NCBI RefSeq assembly: GCF_964355755.1
Contig: NC_092675.1
Coordinates: 4,459,812 to 4,523,811 of the forward strand
Source: Antedon mediterranea
Lineage: Eukaryota > Animalia > Echinodermata
DNA: 64,000 bases
Reading direction: 5' to 3'
Shown: positions 38,172 through 51,181 of the stretch, one piece after another
How the letters are laid out: every line of letters starts with the position of its first letter
Numbering within the stretch: position 1 is the stretch's first letter
Program-made: the position numbers and the translations under genes
The notes under the pieces: generated by a model
What the model was told of the DNA's origin: nothing
Databases searched by the model: none
Seen by the model: the letters and a program-made list of their open reading frames with translations, nothing else

Positions 38172-38429
38172 CTCCTTTGGTTTCTGTTGCTATGATGACA
38201 GGTGGAAGTGAGACTCCATCTTTTGGTATCAAACTTCTCTTGATTGACTTTGAGTTTCGTCTTCTACCAGAAATTGATGCAGCTAACCCCTCTGCTACGA
38301 TTGAAGCACCCTCTGACATTGAATGCGTTGTATGCGAGATTGAACGAGGTGGTTCTTCTACTAATTCATCACCAGGGTTTAGACCATCAGAAAAGTGTAC
38401 TCGCTTGCTGCCTTTTGACTTTTGGTTAC
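38172..38429 (-). CDS. ZFYVE9: SARA/endofin exon 5 (PP1-binding RVxF motif)
   Basis: KRVHFSDGLNPG...SLIPKDGVSLPPVII...KG. Confidence 0.9.
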
Positions 38430-38588
38430 CTTCAATGTAAAAAATAATGAAGACCACATTTTGCAAAGTCTAGGAGGCCTGAATATACAAGCCTATAATA
38501 AGTCTATGGCTTTGTCACATGGTAAAACATTACTACTATCTTATTTGCATCTAAAGCTGTTAGATGTGTGTGAAAATTACATAATTAC

Positions 38589-38762
38589 CATCAGCAACAG
38601 GTCTACGAAGTGATGACTTTGATACCGGTACCATGACAGTAGGAGAAATAGAACTCGTCTGGTCTTTAGCTTGTTCAAAGGGTGGTACAGTTGAGCAGTA
38701 TTCAGCAGGGTTTCTAGGGTCTGGTGAGGATGTTGGCTGCTTCATTCTCTGAATAGCTTGGG
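38589..38762 (-). CDS. ZFYVE9: SARA/endofin exon 4 (Smad-binding domain)
   Basis: SPDPRNPAEYCSTVPPFEQA...PTVMVPV, the SARA Smad-binding domain signature. Confidence 0.93.
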
Positions 38763-39096
38763 CTAAACAAACAAAAAACATGAGGTTAAGAATATATGAT
38801 GTGTGATAGCATCAATTTAATGTATAATTAATGTATTTGTATGTTTGTATGCTCCTAAATAAGAACACAATCTTTTTCAATATAATTGTATTGATATTTG
38901 CTATTGTTTTCTTCAAATGACGGAATAAAGTGTTCAAAAGAGTAGTTATTTTTAACAATAATCAATGTAAAAAATGACAATTACACTAGAGAATCACATT
39001 CAATTTGCAAGGCTAATGCTTTGCTATAAAATGTAATGAAAATACATGGCATGTATAAAAATGTGGATTCATATTGAGCTATTATAAATATCTTAC

Positions 39097-39196
39097 CCCT
39101 TAAAATGGTGTTGAGGCAGTTTAAGCAAACTCTTGACTCCTTCTGTTCCATATATTTTAAACGAACTCTCACATTACAGCAATTAGCACAAAATAC
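39097..39196 (-). CDS. ZFYVE9: SARA/endofin exon 3 (FYVE C-terminal half)
   Basis: VFCANCCNVRVRLKYMEQKESRVCLNC. Confidence 0.94.
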
Positions 39197-39351
39197 CTGT
39201 TAAAGTGCACATATTAAATATACATTTAGGATTACTCTACATTGAAAACTATTCCTATTATTTTGCCTGCATAATACCAATTTGAAATGAAAATATATTT
39301 TCCATTTTCAGAACTATTGCAAAATACCTTTTGTAACATTTATTTCAGATA

Positions 39352-39500
39352 CAGTCAAATTTCCCAATACCAGACTCTCTGAAAACCGGAAACTACAGTA
39401 TATGTTATCCTGAGGTCCTAAAGGTCTTTTTTTTACAATTTAAAGGCAGATATATCATTAGGCCAGTCCAAAGGCGTCCAGTATTGGGGAGATTTGACTG
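39352..39500. mobile_element. Tc1/mariner (pogo-like) MITE
   Basis: ta|CAGTCAAATTTCCCAATAC ... GTATTGGGGAGATTTGACTG|ta. Confidence 0.8.
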
Positions 39501-39533
39501 TATTCATGCTTTACTATTTCACTTGTTTCTTAC

Positions 39534-41779
39534 CTTTCCACAAGCTCTACAATGATGGCGTCTCTTTCTAAAAGTAAACTTGAGATTGCATTTCATACAG
39601 GCGGGTGCAGAACCATCAGGAATCCATTGAGGTGCCACATTACCAAGCCTCAGGTCTTCCTCAGAAAGATCTCCCACCAGTTGATTCAACCACTCGCTGT
39701 TCCCATCTTCCATTCCAAAACCGTTTGGTAATGCAGACACTCCAGATTCTGGATCCACTAATCTGGTGATCATACCAGTGCCAGAATCAGCGACCGCGGA
39801 TTCAGCAGCAACAGAGTCGGTTTCTACTATTTGTGCTACTTCCGATGAGGAATCAACATTTTGAGGCTGCTCTGCTCCAATAAAATCATCAACTCGATCG
39901 ATTATGGGACTTGGCTGCAAAGCCTGTGGGCTAGGTTTTCGTTGGTTTGGTTGTTCAAAGTTTAATGTCAATGTATTCCTAGTTTGATTCTGACGACTGT
40001 TGATGACATCTTGATAAGATGGTGGATCAACAGGAAGTGCAGTGTTACTGTATGAGGTCACTGGATGACCTTTTGCTTTTACAAGTGGAGGATGGTGGCT
40101 GTTATCATCTATATGGTTGTTTTCAGTGTTGTCTTTTGTGTTATGACAGTCTTGTTCTTGTGCAAGACTGGAATGATTAATGTCCCTTTCTAATCCATCA
40201 TTTCCAGTAGATTTATCCATAGCTTCTTGTTTATTTTGATTAGCCTCGGTGTGTGCAGTATTTCCTTGCTTAGGATCTGATTTGCTTAATACTTCATTTT
40301 TATCTGACACAACACTGTCATAGACCTTTGCACTTTCACTGCCCATAAATGGAGATAAGTCACTCTGTTGCAATAAATCTTGTGAAGTTGTTCCTGACAG
40401 TGTAGTGGATAGCGATATAACAGAGGGTTGCACGTCAGTGGATAGAATATCTGAATTTGTGATGTCATTGGAAGTTTGACGATTGATTGGATTGTAAAAC
40501 GGATCCATACTTGCAAGTTCATTAGTTAATTGCACCGTTATTGCATCCTCACTTTTGCCTTCATTATTATGGGATGGCATAACAGACGGTCTCATTGATT
40601 GGTTTATTTCAAGACTACCCAATTGTTCTAGGTCAGTGTCTGTTACGGTCACATTTGTAAGATTACCAAATCCTGCTTTTTTTGGTGAGGTATTCGGTTG
40701 AGATTCTTTAAAACTTAAAGACTCATTCGTTTTGTGCTTACTATCTAAATTCGAGTTGCAATTAACATTTGTCTCTTTGCTTTTTGATGTGTTGACTGTG
40801 ACTGCAGCAAAATTTGTAATTTTAGAAGAAGGTGGTTTATGATTAAGTTCTGTGTTGGGAATGTAGTCCTGATTGTTCAATTGTTTACCATTTGTATCTT
40901 CCATTCTCACCCCTCCTGTAACAGATTTGTCAAGTTCATTTTCAGTAGAAATTGCTGAATCACTTACCAGAGGCATAAAAGATAATTCACTGTTGTCAGG
41001 CATGACTGCCTTGCAATTCTCTGATGCCGATGAATCCATTATGGGTACCTGGACATGGTTCAGCAAGCCATTATCGGTAGGTGTTGTGTTTGATACGCTT
41101 TGTAAAACAGGCAACGTAATGACAGATTGAGATAACACTGTATTCTTTGGCAGAGGAAACTGCGACAGAGGAGTGTACTGTGTCTCTATTTCAGATGGAA
41201 GTAACGGAGTTATCTCTTTTATTTTTGGAGATCTTGACATACTTTGAATTTCTCCGTTTTGCAAATCATTTTTTTGTCGGATCACATTTGGGGTGCTGGT
41301 CTTTGAAACAAGCAGAGGGGATGAAGATGGCTGTGTATACTGTAATGGCGTGTTCTCAGGTACTGATGGCGGCGTAGATTGTGATTTACTATATACTTCC
41401 ATGTGATTCAAGGTGTATGGTGAAATTGTCTTTTGTGCATTGTAACTAGATTGTGACTTATCATCAACTTCATTGCCATTGACAAAAGCGACTTTATCAG
41501 GATTTTTATCTGTCGTTGTAGAAGGTTCTTTTTGCGTTTGAGAGTTAAATTCCTGATTCTTTACCGACAAATCTTTTGCTACAGCTATCGATTCATTGCT
41601 GTTTAATATTGAAGTTAAATTCAATGAGCTGTTCAATGATGCAGGACCAAAATCAGCCTCTGAGAGGTCAAGAATGAATTCAGATTCAGGTTGGCAGGAT
41701 ATCGGAGAGATCTTCTGATTGACCTCTTGTGTCTTTTGCAAAGACACCTCTGCCACGTCTCTGTGATTGTATAAATGTT
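39534..41779 (-). CDS. ZFYVE9: SARA/endofin large exon 2 (disordered region + FYVE N-terminal half)
   Basis: 2246-nt open exon ending [34 protein letters not shown], gtaaga donor. Confidence 0.95.
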
Positions 41780-42605
41780 CTACAAAATAGTTGAAAAATT
41801 AATAAATTAAACATGTATGTAGTAAAGCTGGGAAGTAGTTTTATAAGACTATATTTTTTTCCAATAAAGACTTTCTAAATATTGAATAATACAATTTCCA
41901 TTTCTGAAATGTTTAAAAGACAGAATAGAATATTGATATATATTAATCATCACATGAAAATTATATATAAAATAAATGACGTATGATCTAGGTCTTTTAG
42001 CCTGCAGAGGAGAACTATTATTTCACTGGCCAAGCACAAAAAGTGACTGGCTGCAGCTTTGACTAGGAATTATACAACCTCTCGTATAGTATACAAATTC
42101 TCTAATTCAAGGATAATACTGTATAACTATTATGACTTTATTCTTTAGATCACTGTTGCGTACAAAAACATAAATTATTTTTCATAATTTAATTTTTGTT
42201 TGATACAGCATCTGCACTAATTAATTATTTAGGTTTAGACATGCAAATGAATATGCTGTGCATGATTCATTAAAGATAGGCGTTTGTGGTAGGACACAGT
42301 GCTAATGATTGTAGCTGTGTGAACTACTTTACTTACAATTTGCACACACATTACTTTCAATAATAACATATTGATGGGAAAATGTGATGTAGGAAGCGAG
42401 AATGGAAGAACTTTTACCAGTCCTAAGTCATGGAGAATTTTTTGTTATAAGATGCTTAAATAAGCGCGCCAAATAAGGTATGTTGGAGAAAAATGGGTCA
42501 CCTTTGCTACCATTGGCCAAACAAATTATAGTAATGTCATCATCATGCCTGACTTCTATACCCTAACTATACCAAGTGTACATTATTTATTAGTGTTAGG
42601 CTCAC

Positions 42606-42678
42606 CTTCTTCATTTTGCTCAAATTCATCAAGCAACTTATCAAGGTCGTTAGCTGCAGCTAAGAATGAGTCCATCAT
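42606..42678 (-). CDS. ZFYVE9: SARA/endofin first coding exon
   Basis: MMDSFLAAANDLDKLLDEFEQNEE, gtgag donor; matches ZFYVE9 and ZFYVE16 N-termini (likely co-orthologue of both). Confidence 0.92.
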
Positions 42679-45600
42679 GCTATGGTAGCTTCAATTAAGG
42701 TCATGCCATGCAGAAAACCCCTGTGAAGAAATACCAACATAATGCATGCATGTTAGAAATGAATCCATATTATGTGTCAGGTTAAATTTACCCAGAATTA
42801 CTTGTAATGTCAGTGTGAGTAGTGGTGATGACTTGCCCAGTGTATGCAGGCCTTGTCTTTTTAGGCGAGCGAGTACGATCACTAACCTGACCTAACACAC
42901 TCCTAAACTGCCCTTGAGAAGTGCGATTTACACACCAAAATACAAACAGCACATCTACAGCATCCCTGAATGTATTGAGGAGTGCAATTTGTAGCACACC
43001 TATCATTTTCAAAAGACAAGGCCTGTATATGACAGGGGTTTTCAAAAAGACTTCCCTTTTCAGTCACGTTATTGTAATGACAAAATACAATTAATTCTTC
43101 CATCAGCTTAATTGATACAAATTATATGGAAAATAAGTAAATATATCCCATTTTCTTGAGATTTCAAAATTACTTTTTAACCTTGTGGTTCAGCAGGAAA
43201 ACGAATTTCTGTGACATCAATCAGTCTTACCATGTAGATTGTTACTCACAAACTTTTTTTTTTTTGGCAAATTGTTATTTTTTAGGGGAAGTACTTACAA
43301 GGACAGTGCTTGGAAAAAATTAGTTGTGCAACTAAAAAAATTGTGTCACCATGTGATACCATGATATAATATAACGAGTATAAACCTAGATGAATTTAAT
43401 AAAAAAATAACCCAATATATATTAGTAATTGCTGATACAATAGTGCGATTTTACTTCTGGAGTGATGGGGGGAGGAAATAGGGAGAGAGAGAGTATGACT
43501 GTATGCATAATCCAAGTCTTGCAAACTAGTGACAAATCTAACACAAATGTGCCAACATACTATACAAATCCATTGTTTCTTCTAGGTCATTGGTCATTTC
43601 TTGCCATTGGAAACAAATGAAAAATATCCTTTAATTATGATATGCCTGTATGTTCAAATGTTGACATTAAAATTACATTTTGACAAATGTATTATTCATC
43701 CATTTATTATGAGACTTTGGAATGAAAAAATCACATTAGGCTAAATATGAGGCTAAATACAAACAAAGAATTTGTATGTTAAGAATACTTGAGCTGTGAA
43801 TAAAATTTCATTTGATATATTTCCATAATAATACAATAAAAATTCATAAAATGTGTAGTGAGTCATGGCAGTGAAATTAGCATAGCAGATATATTTCATC
43901 AAGAAACTATTTTCCCAAAAAACCCACCCCACTGTTTTTAATGCCATTTTTTTAACAAAAAAAAAACTGAACATACATTTTCTTTACATTTTTTAGGCCT
44001 AATACCATTTTTAATTATAGTTTTTTTAGCAAATATCATAGAAATTTCTGTTTTTTTTAATACAGTACATAAATTTTATTGTAAATTACCTTTTGAAATT
44101 ACTGATAATCTCAATTCCCAATGCAGTGAATAGTTAAAAAAAGATTTATCATAAATTATGAATAAAAATAAAATTATTATTTTACCAATACAAAGGTCAA
44201 AAGAAAAAAATCACTACAACCAGGCAATTGGCAAGGAAATTTGATTCTACCATATTTGATCACTAAAGGTTTATAGGTTTATAAAGAATTACTAGTTGTT
44301 AATGTTATAACTCTGAAAGTGAACTTTTAGTTTATTTGTCATTAGTTTCCTTGTACAAACCAAATAGTAACTGTCAGTAAGAACCATTGTTAACTTGATA
44401 GAGAATGAATTCATATAAACATAAATTTGGTGATGTTACTAGGTAGAGCCATGGTGAAGTTTCTTTAATTTACAAGAGTACTAGATAAAAAAAGAGCTCT
44501 CATAAGTTTTCCATTAACTGCTGGATTTTTCTGGTAATTTGAATGATAATTGTGTAATTTCTTTCTCGATTTGTTTGAATATTTAAAAAAAAACCGACCA
44601 GGATGTTATAGCCCATTTGGTGGGTAGGGGATGGGGGTTTATTTTGGTCACAATTGGAAAATCTCAAGCCAGCAACAGCCTCAAATTTGACACTGTCTTC
44701 ACTTAAATGACATCAGTGACAACAAGATCCACAATCCCCATAGCATTACCAAGCACATCAGACTAATTATCAGCTGGCAAACAAGATGTCATTAGCAAGC
44801 TTTACAATTCACAAGAGGCAGCGGCTTCCATTGTAGCATCGCTATACTCAACGCTAAATAGCATGTTGCCCGAATATTTGTCAAATTATGTTTATACTTT
44901 GATCAGTGATGAATGGGGTTTCATCTACTGCACTTTAGGGAGGAATTTCAAAATGATATGCATTTTGTAATGGCTTTTTGTATTTCAATTTTAAGTAGAT
45001 GTACTGTAGTATAAGCACACAAAAAAAGAGGCTATATAAAACACCAAAAAAAGAGGCTAAATAAAACACCAAATGCTGAATGAATCATGCAAAATGATCT
45101 AGTAGAGTTTGACTAAACTATTACTGATATAATTTGGGATGTGAAGTTGTTACTAGAAGGAGAATGGAATCTGGAGTTTATTTTCGATTTTCATTTGAAC
45201 ATGAATTAAAACTTGAATTAAAGTCAACCTTGGTGTTGATTGGAATGTTAAGCCTAAATGTTATATAATTATGTACCATGTCATTTCTAATCTTGGCTTG
45301 CACACATAACAGTATGACATCAACCTTGATGTCTCTGATATCTAAACTGATTCCAAAATTGGAAATCGCTTTTGTAGGTCAACTGTTATGACAAACTACA
45401 ACAATAACATTATTTATTCACTTATTACTTTATTTACTTTGACAGTCGTTATTATCTCCAATAAATTTTTTTAAATTACCAGATACTGAAATATTTGTTA
45501 TTTATTCTTTTACTTTTTTATGTATTCTTTAAATATTCTTATGTGTATTTATATTTTTTTTATTAAACTTTCAGATCATGAAAAAATGTGAAATATTTAC

Positions 45601-46142
45601 CTAAAAACAAGGTTAGTTAGTTTAGTAGAATAAATAATTTATCTGAAATATTTAGTTTAGGAATTTTGTGCTTTAATATTCATAATTTATCCATATAAAT
45701 TTTTTTTCTTTAAATTACAGTACAAGTAGGAATTGAAATGTGGGAGAATAGAATAAGAAGAGCAAAGAAAAGTGGAAGAGAGAATTCAAATGAAGGAATG
45801 AAGAAGGATAAGTGCAGTATTAGTAAATAATTACAGCAATAATATATAGTTCTCATCTCAAAATTTTGGTGCAGGATTTGGAAAAAAATTTAAAAATGAT
45901 TAACTTTATAATTTATGCAAGACCAAATTTCACACACAGAGAAGGCTGAAAACAAGTATCTACTACACATTCTCTTTTATTGTAGTACAAAGTTTGTATT
46001 ATTTCATTTGTGTGTTTTTACACTGTGCTCAAGTGAACCCAATTTGGTACTAGTGGAGCAGTGATATAAAATAAAATAAATCACTGCATTTTAATATGTT
46101 TTTGTATGTTACTACACTGTGCTCAATTGAACCCAATTTGGT

Positions 46143-46355
46143 GCTAGTGGAACACAGTGATATACAATAAAAATACGTCACCTAATATATGTGGTGTACC
46201 GCAAACTTTTTATCAACATTTGATTTCGCCATGCAAACCTTCAAACAATAATAATATCCCTTTTGTTCCCTTTAGCAGAGTCAATGTTTAAAATGGTGAT
46301 GTTGTCAATCTTTACATTAGAAGATAAGTTCAAATCATGTAAATAAAACATTTTC
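46143..46355 (+). repeat. ~210-bp direct repeat, copy 1
   Basis: Near-identical to 47772-47984; partial inverted copy at ~49756-49823. Confidence 0.9.
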
Positions 46356-46950
46356 CTTTTATTCTCTAAATAAAAAAACATTTTTAATCCTGTTTTTAAT
46401 CTGAGTCGTAAATTAATAGGCTATACTTTCGTACAGCAATCTACTCTAAAACGAAGATTGGCCTCTAGTCACTATTAGTCAGGCCTCCAGAATCCAAAGA
46501 AAAAATCCTTCCATATTCAATAAATATAATGGTTAGTGGAAAAAAAGGTATTGATGCATTTTAAACGCATGTACAGTATGACATTGTTGGATTCAACTCA
46601 CTTACAGCAATGTGATGTCATTAAATCTATTCACAGTTGTATTACGTCAAACCATAGTGCATGTGTACCAAAGAATATAAATAGGTAAAGAATCAACAGT
46701 ACGCGCTGTTATACATAGAAGGATAGGAAACGCGGACGCTTATTCATGGACGCGTAAGAATCCAGCAGCCGAACGACGGCGGGCTCTAGATATGGTTCCC
46801 GTCTAATCCCACGTTTCGATGGATCGTGATGATCTGATGTGTTCTCGCGTCTGTGCGCTACTAATTTTGATATTATTAATATTTTGATAATCATTTTGAT
46901 AAATAATCATCGTTTTCATTTTTATAGATATTTACAATAAAAGTTTTACC

Positions 46951-47019
46951 TTACCCACGCCTGAAGGTGGCGCACTTCTTCTAGCGAAAAAGAAATGCGC
47001 CACCTTCAGGCGTAGGCAA
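46951..47019 (-). other. 69-nt GC-rich hairpin / inverted repeat
   Basis: 18-bp perfect core ACGCCTGAAGGTGGCGCA; extends to ~32 bp with G-U pairs on the minus strand. Confidence 0.8.
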
Positions 47020-47529
47020 ATAGTAACCCGGATGTGGTTTACACCGCCAACGGAACTGTTGTATCTTCTCCTTTTATTATCTTTGATGTGTACTGATAGA
47101 CCACAGTATAGTGCCCAGTCTGTCACAATTATGCTTACAAAGTCTTATGTACGCATACAGTATACTATAGCCACTTCCTTTTTTAAAATAAACATTTATT
47201 CATTTTTAGTAAATATTGATTTCGGATTTGGAAAATTATTAAATATTGGCATAATAATTATTTATTATAGAGCAACAGTGAATATACAATTAAGCCTAGC
47301 TAGGCTACTCCATAAATAACATCTAGGCTAGATGACTGATGATTAACTTCCCATCCCAACCTACCAACAAGGCTAGCTAATCCTGTTCTGTGTCCTGCAA
47401 ATGGAGCAATGAACCGTGAGCCTAGCTAGCTTACAGTAAATCGGTTTCTAGCCTAGCATAAGTACGTACTTATTTAATAATAGAGATCTCCATATTGTTT
47501 ATGTATAGCGTGGACAACATCCAACATAC

Positions 47530-47720
47530 CTTATAAAACTATCAGCTGAAATATGAGGGCAGATTATACGGTAAAGAGTAAACCATTCGCCATTTTGCCA
47601 TGGTCATGAAACGTATTTATAGTAAAATTGTGTGATGTTGTGTCGTGTGTGGTGGTAGTTGAATTGAATGAGTCATCATCTACGGAAGCCAATTGGTGTC
47701 ACCGCCAAAGATGGCTAACA
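47530..47720 (-). promoter_or_regulatory. Probable promoter / non-coding first exon of SARA
   Basis: YY1-like CAAAATGGCG, ETS CGGAAG, CCAAT; minus-strand donor AAG/gtatgt near 47530; TAGG/CCTA-rich stretch just downstream. Confidence 0.45.
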
Positions 47721-47771
47721 TGGAAATAAAGTCACAAGTTTGTATTATTTCATTTCATTCGTATGTTAATA

Positions 47772-47984
47772 CTAGTGGAGCACAGTGATATAAAATAAAA
47801 ATACATCACCTAATATACGTGGTGTACCGCAAACTTTATATCAACATTTGATTTCGCCATGCAAACCTTCAAACAATAATAATATCCCTTTTGTTCCCTT
47901 TAGCAGAGTCAATGTTTAAAATGGTGATGTTGTCAATCTTTACATTAGAAGTTAAGTTCAAATCATGTAAATAAAACATTTTCC
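47772..47984 (+). repeat. ~210-bp direct repeat, copy 2
   Basis: Near-identical to 46143-46355. Confidence 0.9.
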
Positions 47985-49157
47985 GGGCGAGAACCTAGCA
48001 GCTCCTCTTAGTTTGCAAAATTAGTCTCGAAAAGAACTCCATGTGAAAAAGAAGCCCACCCAACAAGAGTACTAAAAATGAAGAAGCACCCCTTTTCGAG
48101 GTTTTATGGCAGTCTATTTAATGGAAAATAATGTCAGTAAGGTCCACTTGTTTAGGCCGGACATTTACAACCCTCAAAATATCTCTCTTTCACAATAAAA
48201 GTAAAACAATATTCATTCTTTATCATAAAAAAAATAGGTTCGAACTAAGTCTACTAGAGCTGAGAGCACCCAAACCTGCGCATTACCCATTATTGTAATA
48301 TGTTATGAATAAACGTTTATGGTAGTTAAACAGTACAATATTTTGCTGGAAAAGTTGAGTCATCGACCCACTCATTAAAAGCTCTAATTTAAATAACAAT
48401 GCAAAATGGCCTATTCAACGTCTATTTTTATTACCAAATCTTTGTCCTGTTTTTGGGGAACAATATATCTTTAAAAATGTGTTTATAAGCTTTCAATTTG
48501 GTCCATTTTCCACAATTGTCGAAAGCTTGCTAATAATGTATGATTTATGTTCCAATTTGTTATTCATTTAATAGGCACATCTCCCTGTTTTATTTTTATT
48601 ATTATACTCAATGACTTAAACTTCTTGTTTTTTGTTGTGGAATATCCCAACAGGAAGTGAATGATCAAACGGTTAAGACAATGGAACCATAATAAAATAT
48701 CCCAAGTAAGAAAAAAAATCAAACAAAATACTGATAAAATAGTCTACAATCTTCCCTTTATTTATTCAAATAATAAACAAACTTCCATTAAGAACAATTA
48801 ATCCAAAAGTAATCCAAGATTTACTGAATAATAAGCTGCAGTTGGTCATTTGGTTGGTTCTCATCCACAATTTACAATCTAAACAAGGAATTACTAAAAT
48901 TTATTTTTAAAACCAAATGTTGGCAATATATTTTGTATTCTCATTTTAACCTTAGAGTTACTACACAATTTTAAAATAATGCCTATGTATAAACTAGTAT
49001 AGAAAAAGCAGTTTTATCGATGTTATGCTATTTTTATGTCTAAATTTGACACAGTTGGCAATTTATGGTAACAACTGAAATTATTTTATTATATCCAACT
49101 TGCCATATTTACATCCTATGCCACAGATATGCCTTTTTATCTAGTGTCGATGTAAAT

Positions 49158-49260
49158 TTATAATTTGAGCGTTTTCGGTTTTTCCCAGGAAAATTCAGAT
49201 CTTCCAAAATGACCGTACGATGCTGTTTGTTCATAGATTGGCTTTCGTAGATCCAGATCT
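49158..49260 (-). CDS. MAT: S-adenosylmethionine synthase exon 9
   Basis: [33 protein letters not shown]. Confidence 0.96.
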
Positions 49261-49513
49261 CTGAAAAAAGATAATAGTAGTCGTATTGATTCTGTAATCA
49301 TAACTCATCTTCTATTTCACTCACAAATATTAAGCCATATGAGAAAATAACTTCCAAAAGCATAAATGATTTTAGTTTCCATTAATGTACAGTAATCAGT
49401 GGTTTCAACATGACCTGAAGCAGTTATCTCTACTAACATGATTCTAAAATTCATGATGACTACTGGTACTAAGTAGATTTGCATCTGACAATCTAATAAC
49501 GTATTTTACTTAC

Positions 49514-49647
49514 CTGATTATAATACCAGGTCGAAGGTCAAAATTATCGTTGACAAGCTTGAGTAGTTCGTCTTGACTTTTGTCTGATGTACCATAATCC
49601 CATACCGTGACAGATAACGGTTCAGCAATTCCAATGGCATATGCCAC
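49514..49647 (-). CDS. MAT: SAM synthase exon 8
   Basis: VAYAIGIAEPLSV...NFDLRPGIII. Confidence 0.96.
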
Positions 49648-50269
49648 CTACATTAAAAAAGAACACTATTACATCAACATCACATAAAAAAAGGTATCAG
49701 TTTTTGATAATATTCTAATACAACATGATGGAAATTTTGAAATATTAATTCATGTATTGTTTGAAGGTTTGCATGGCGAAATCAAATGTTGATATTAAGT
49801 TTGCGGTACACCACGTATATTAGTTCTGAAAAGAACTGTTGAGTTTCTCGACGTTTAAATCAATATGCTTTGTCCTCCTCAGGAGTGAGAATGCAGAAAG
49901 TCCAGGAAACTTGGAATATAAGTGGAAAAGGGTGGGATTGGTTTGAAAGCCAGAAACAATGGCAAGTTCACACAGTGGGAGGGATTGAAACTAGATATAG
50001 CAGAGCATTGTTTCTCATGAACAATAGTGAATATTAATTTATGATTGTGAAACATTTATAACCATTTTAAAGTTCAACATTATAAAATTAAAAATGCATA
50101 ATCATCATATTGTCTCAACATATATATTCATTTCAGTAAAACATAAAAAAGAATCACAACTATCAGGTAAGGGTGAGGTCTCTCTCTCAAAAAAGATGCA
50201 TTGTAAACATCTTTACACATTATTGGTCATGTGAATACCATCACTAATTTTGTCTATATTTATTATTAC

Positions 50270-50452
50270 CTGCACAAGAGCTCTTTTGCAAACATTTGCT
50301 GCGACTAAAGATTTAGCAACCCATCGTGCGGCATATGCAGCAGAACGATCTACTTTGGTCATGTCTTTACCAGAGAACGCACCACCACCATGAGCTCCCC
50401 ATCCACCGTAAGTATCGACAATGATCTTACGTCCAGTTAAACCTGCATCACC
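50270..50452 (-). CDS. MAT: SAM synthase exon 7
   Basis: [40 protein letters not shown] (family signature). Confidence 0.97.
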
Positions 50453-50508
50453 CTGTAATTACATAAATATTAATATCTTGTCATCTACTTTATTAAGGTT
50501 CATACTAA

Positions 50509-50633
50509 AGTTTGGTTCCCACTAGGATGCAACGCTAACGAGTTGACCAATGACAAGCGACAGTCGAATAAATCCATCCCTTGTGATTGGTCAAATGTTG
50601 CTTTATGACGTTGTGTTGCGTAACCAAGCATTA
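50509..50633. mobile_element. Degenerate MITE family B, copy 2
   Basis: AGTTTGGTTCCCACTAG...TTGACCAATGACAAG...CTTGTGATTGGTCAA...AACCAAGC. Confidence 0.6.
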
Positions 50634-50806
50634 GTGCAGTAATTTGTAACTACAAAATTTTCTGCTTATGTCAACCTAGATGGCCTAGAAAATACCAGTT
50701 CAGTTTGAGAACATAATTTGGTAGAAAGCATGGAGAAGTCCAACTTGTACAGAAATGTATAAAAGCAGGCAATTAAAAAATCTGTAATACAAAATATGCA
50801 TATTAC

Positions 50807-51025
50807 CTTTGGTCCACCTATAAGGAAACTTCCCGAGGGATTAAAATGGAACACAGTGTCCTTATCAAGGTACTTGGCTGGTATGACAGCAGGAATCACA
50901 ATATCCGCTAAGTCTTTCCTTAGTTGCTTTTGGGTTACATCACCGCTGTGTTGAGTAGAGATAACCACAGTGTGCACACGCAGTGGAACACAACATCCAT
51001 CGTCCATTCTATATTGTACGGTAAC
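50807..51025 (-). CDS. MAT: SAM synthase exon 6
   Basis: VTVQY...[13 protein letters not shown]...[12 protein letters not shown]. Confidence 0.96.
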
Positions 51026-51181
51026 CTGCCGGAAGAAAAAGCTTTAGCTAGGAAAAGAAGCTTTCTGAATAGTATCAAAAACATCAAAAGGTAACATTAA
51101 CAGTAAGAAAAGGTCAAAGGTTTTCGTTAAAGCAGCCTTAAACTTTTCAGATTCATTGATATCAAGAGGACATCATCATGT

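Noticed and set aside
40286-41377. Nested and antisense ORFs in the large SARA exon
   Set aside because: Expected shadows of a long real coding exon; no independent signals
48230-48292. tRNA-like B-box fragment
   Set aside because: Does not fold into a cloverleaf; at most a decayed SINE remnant
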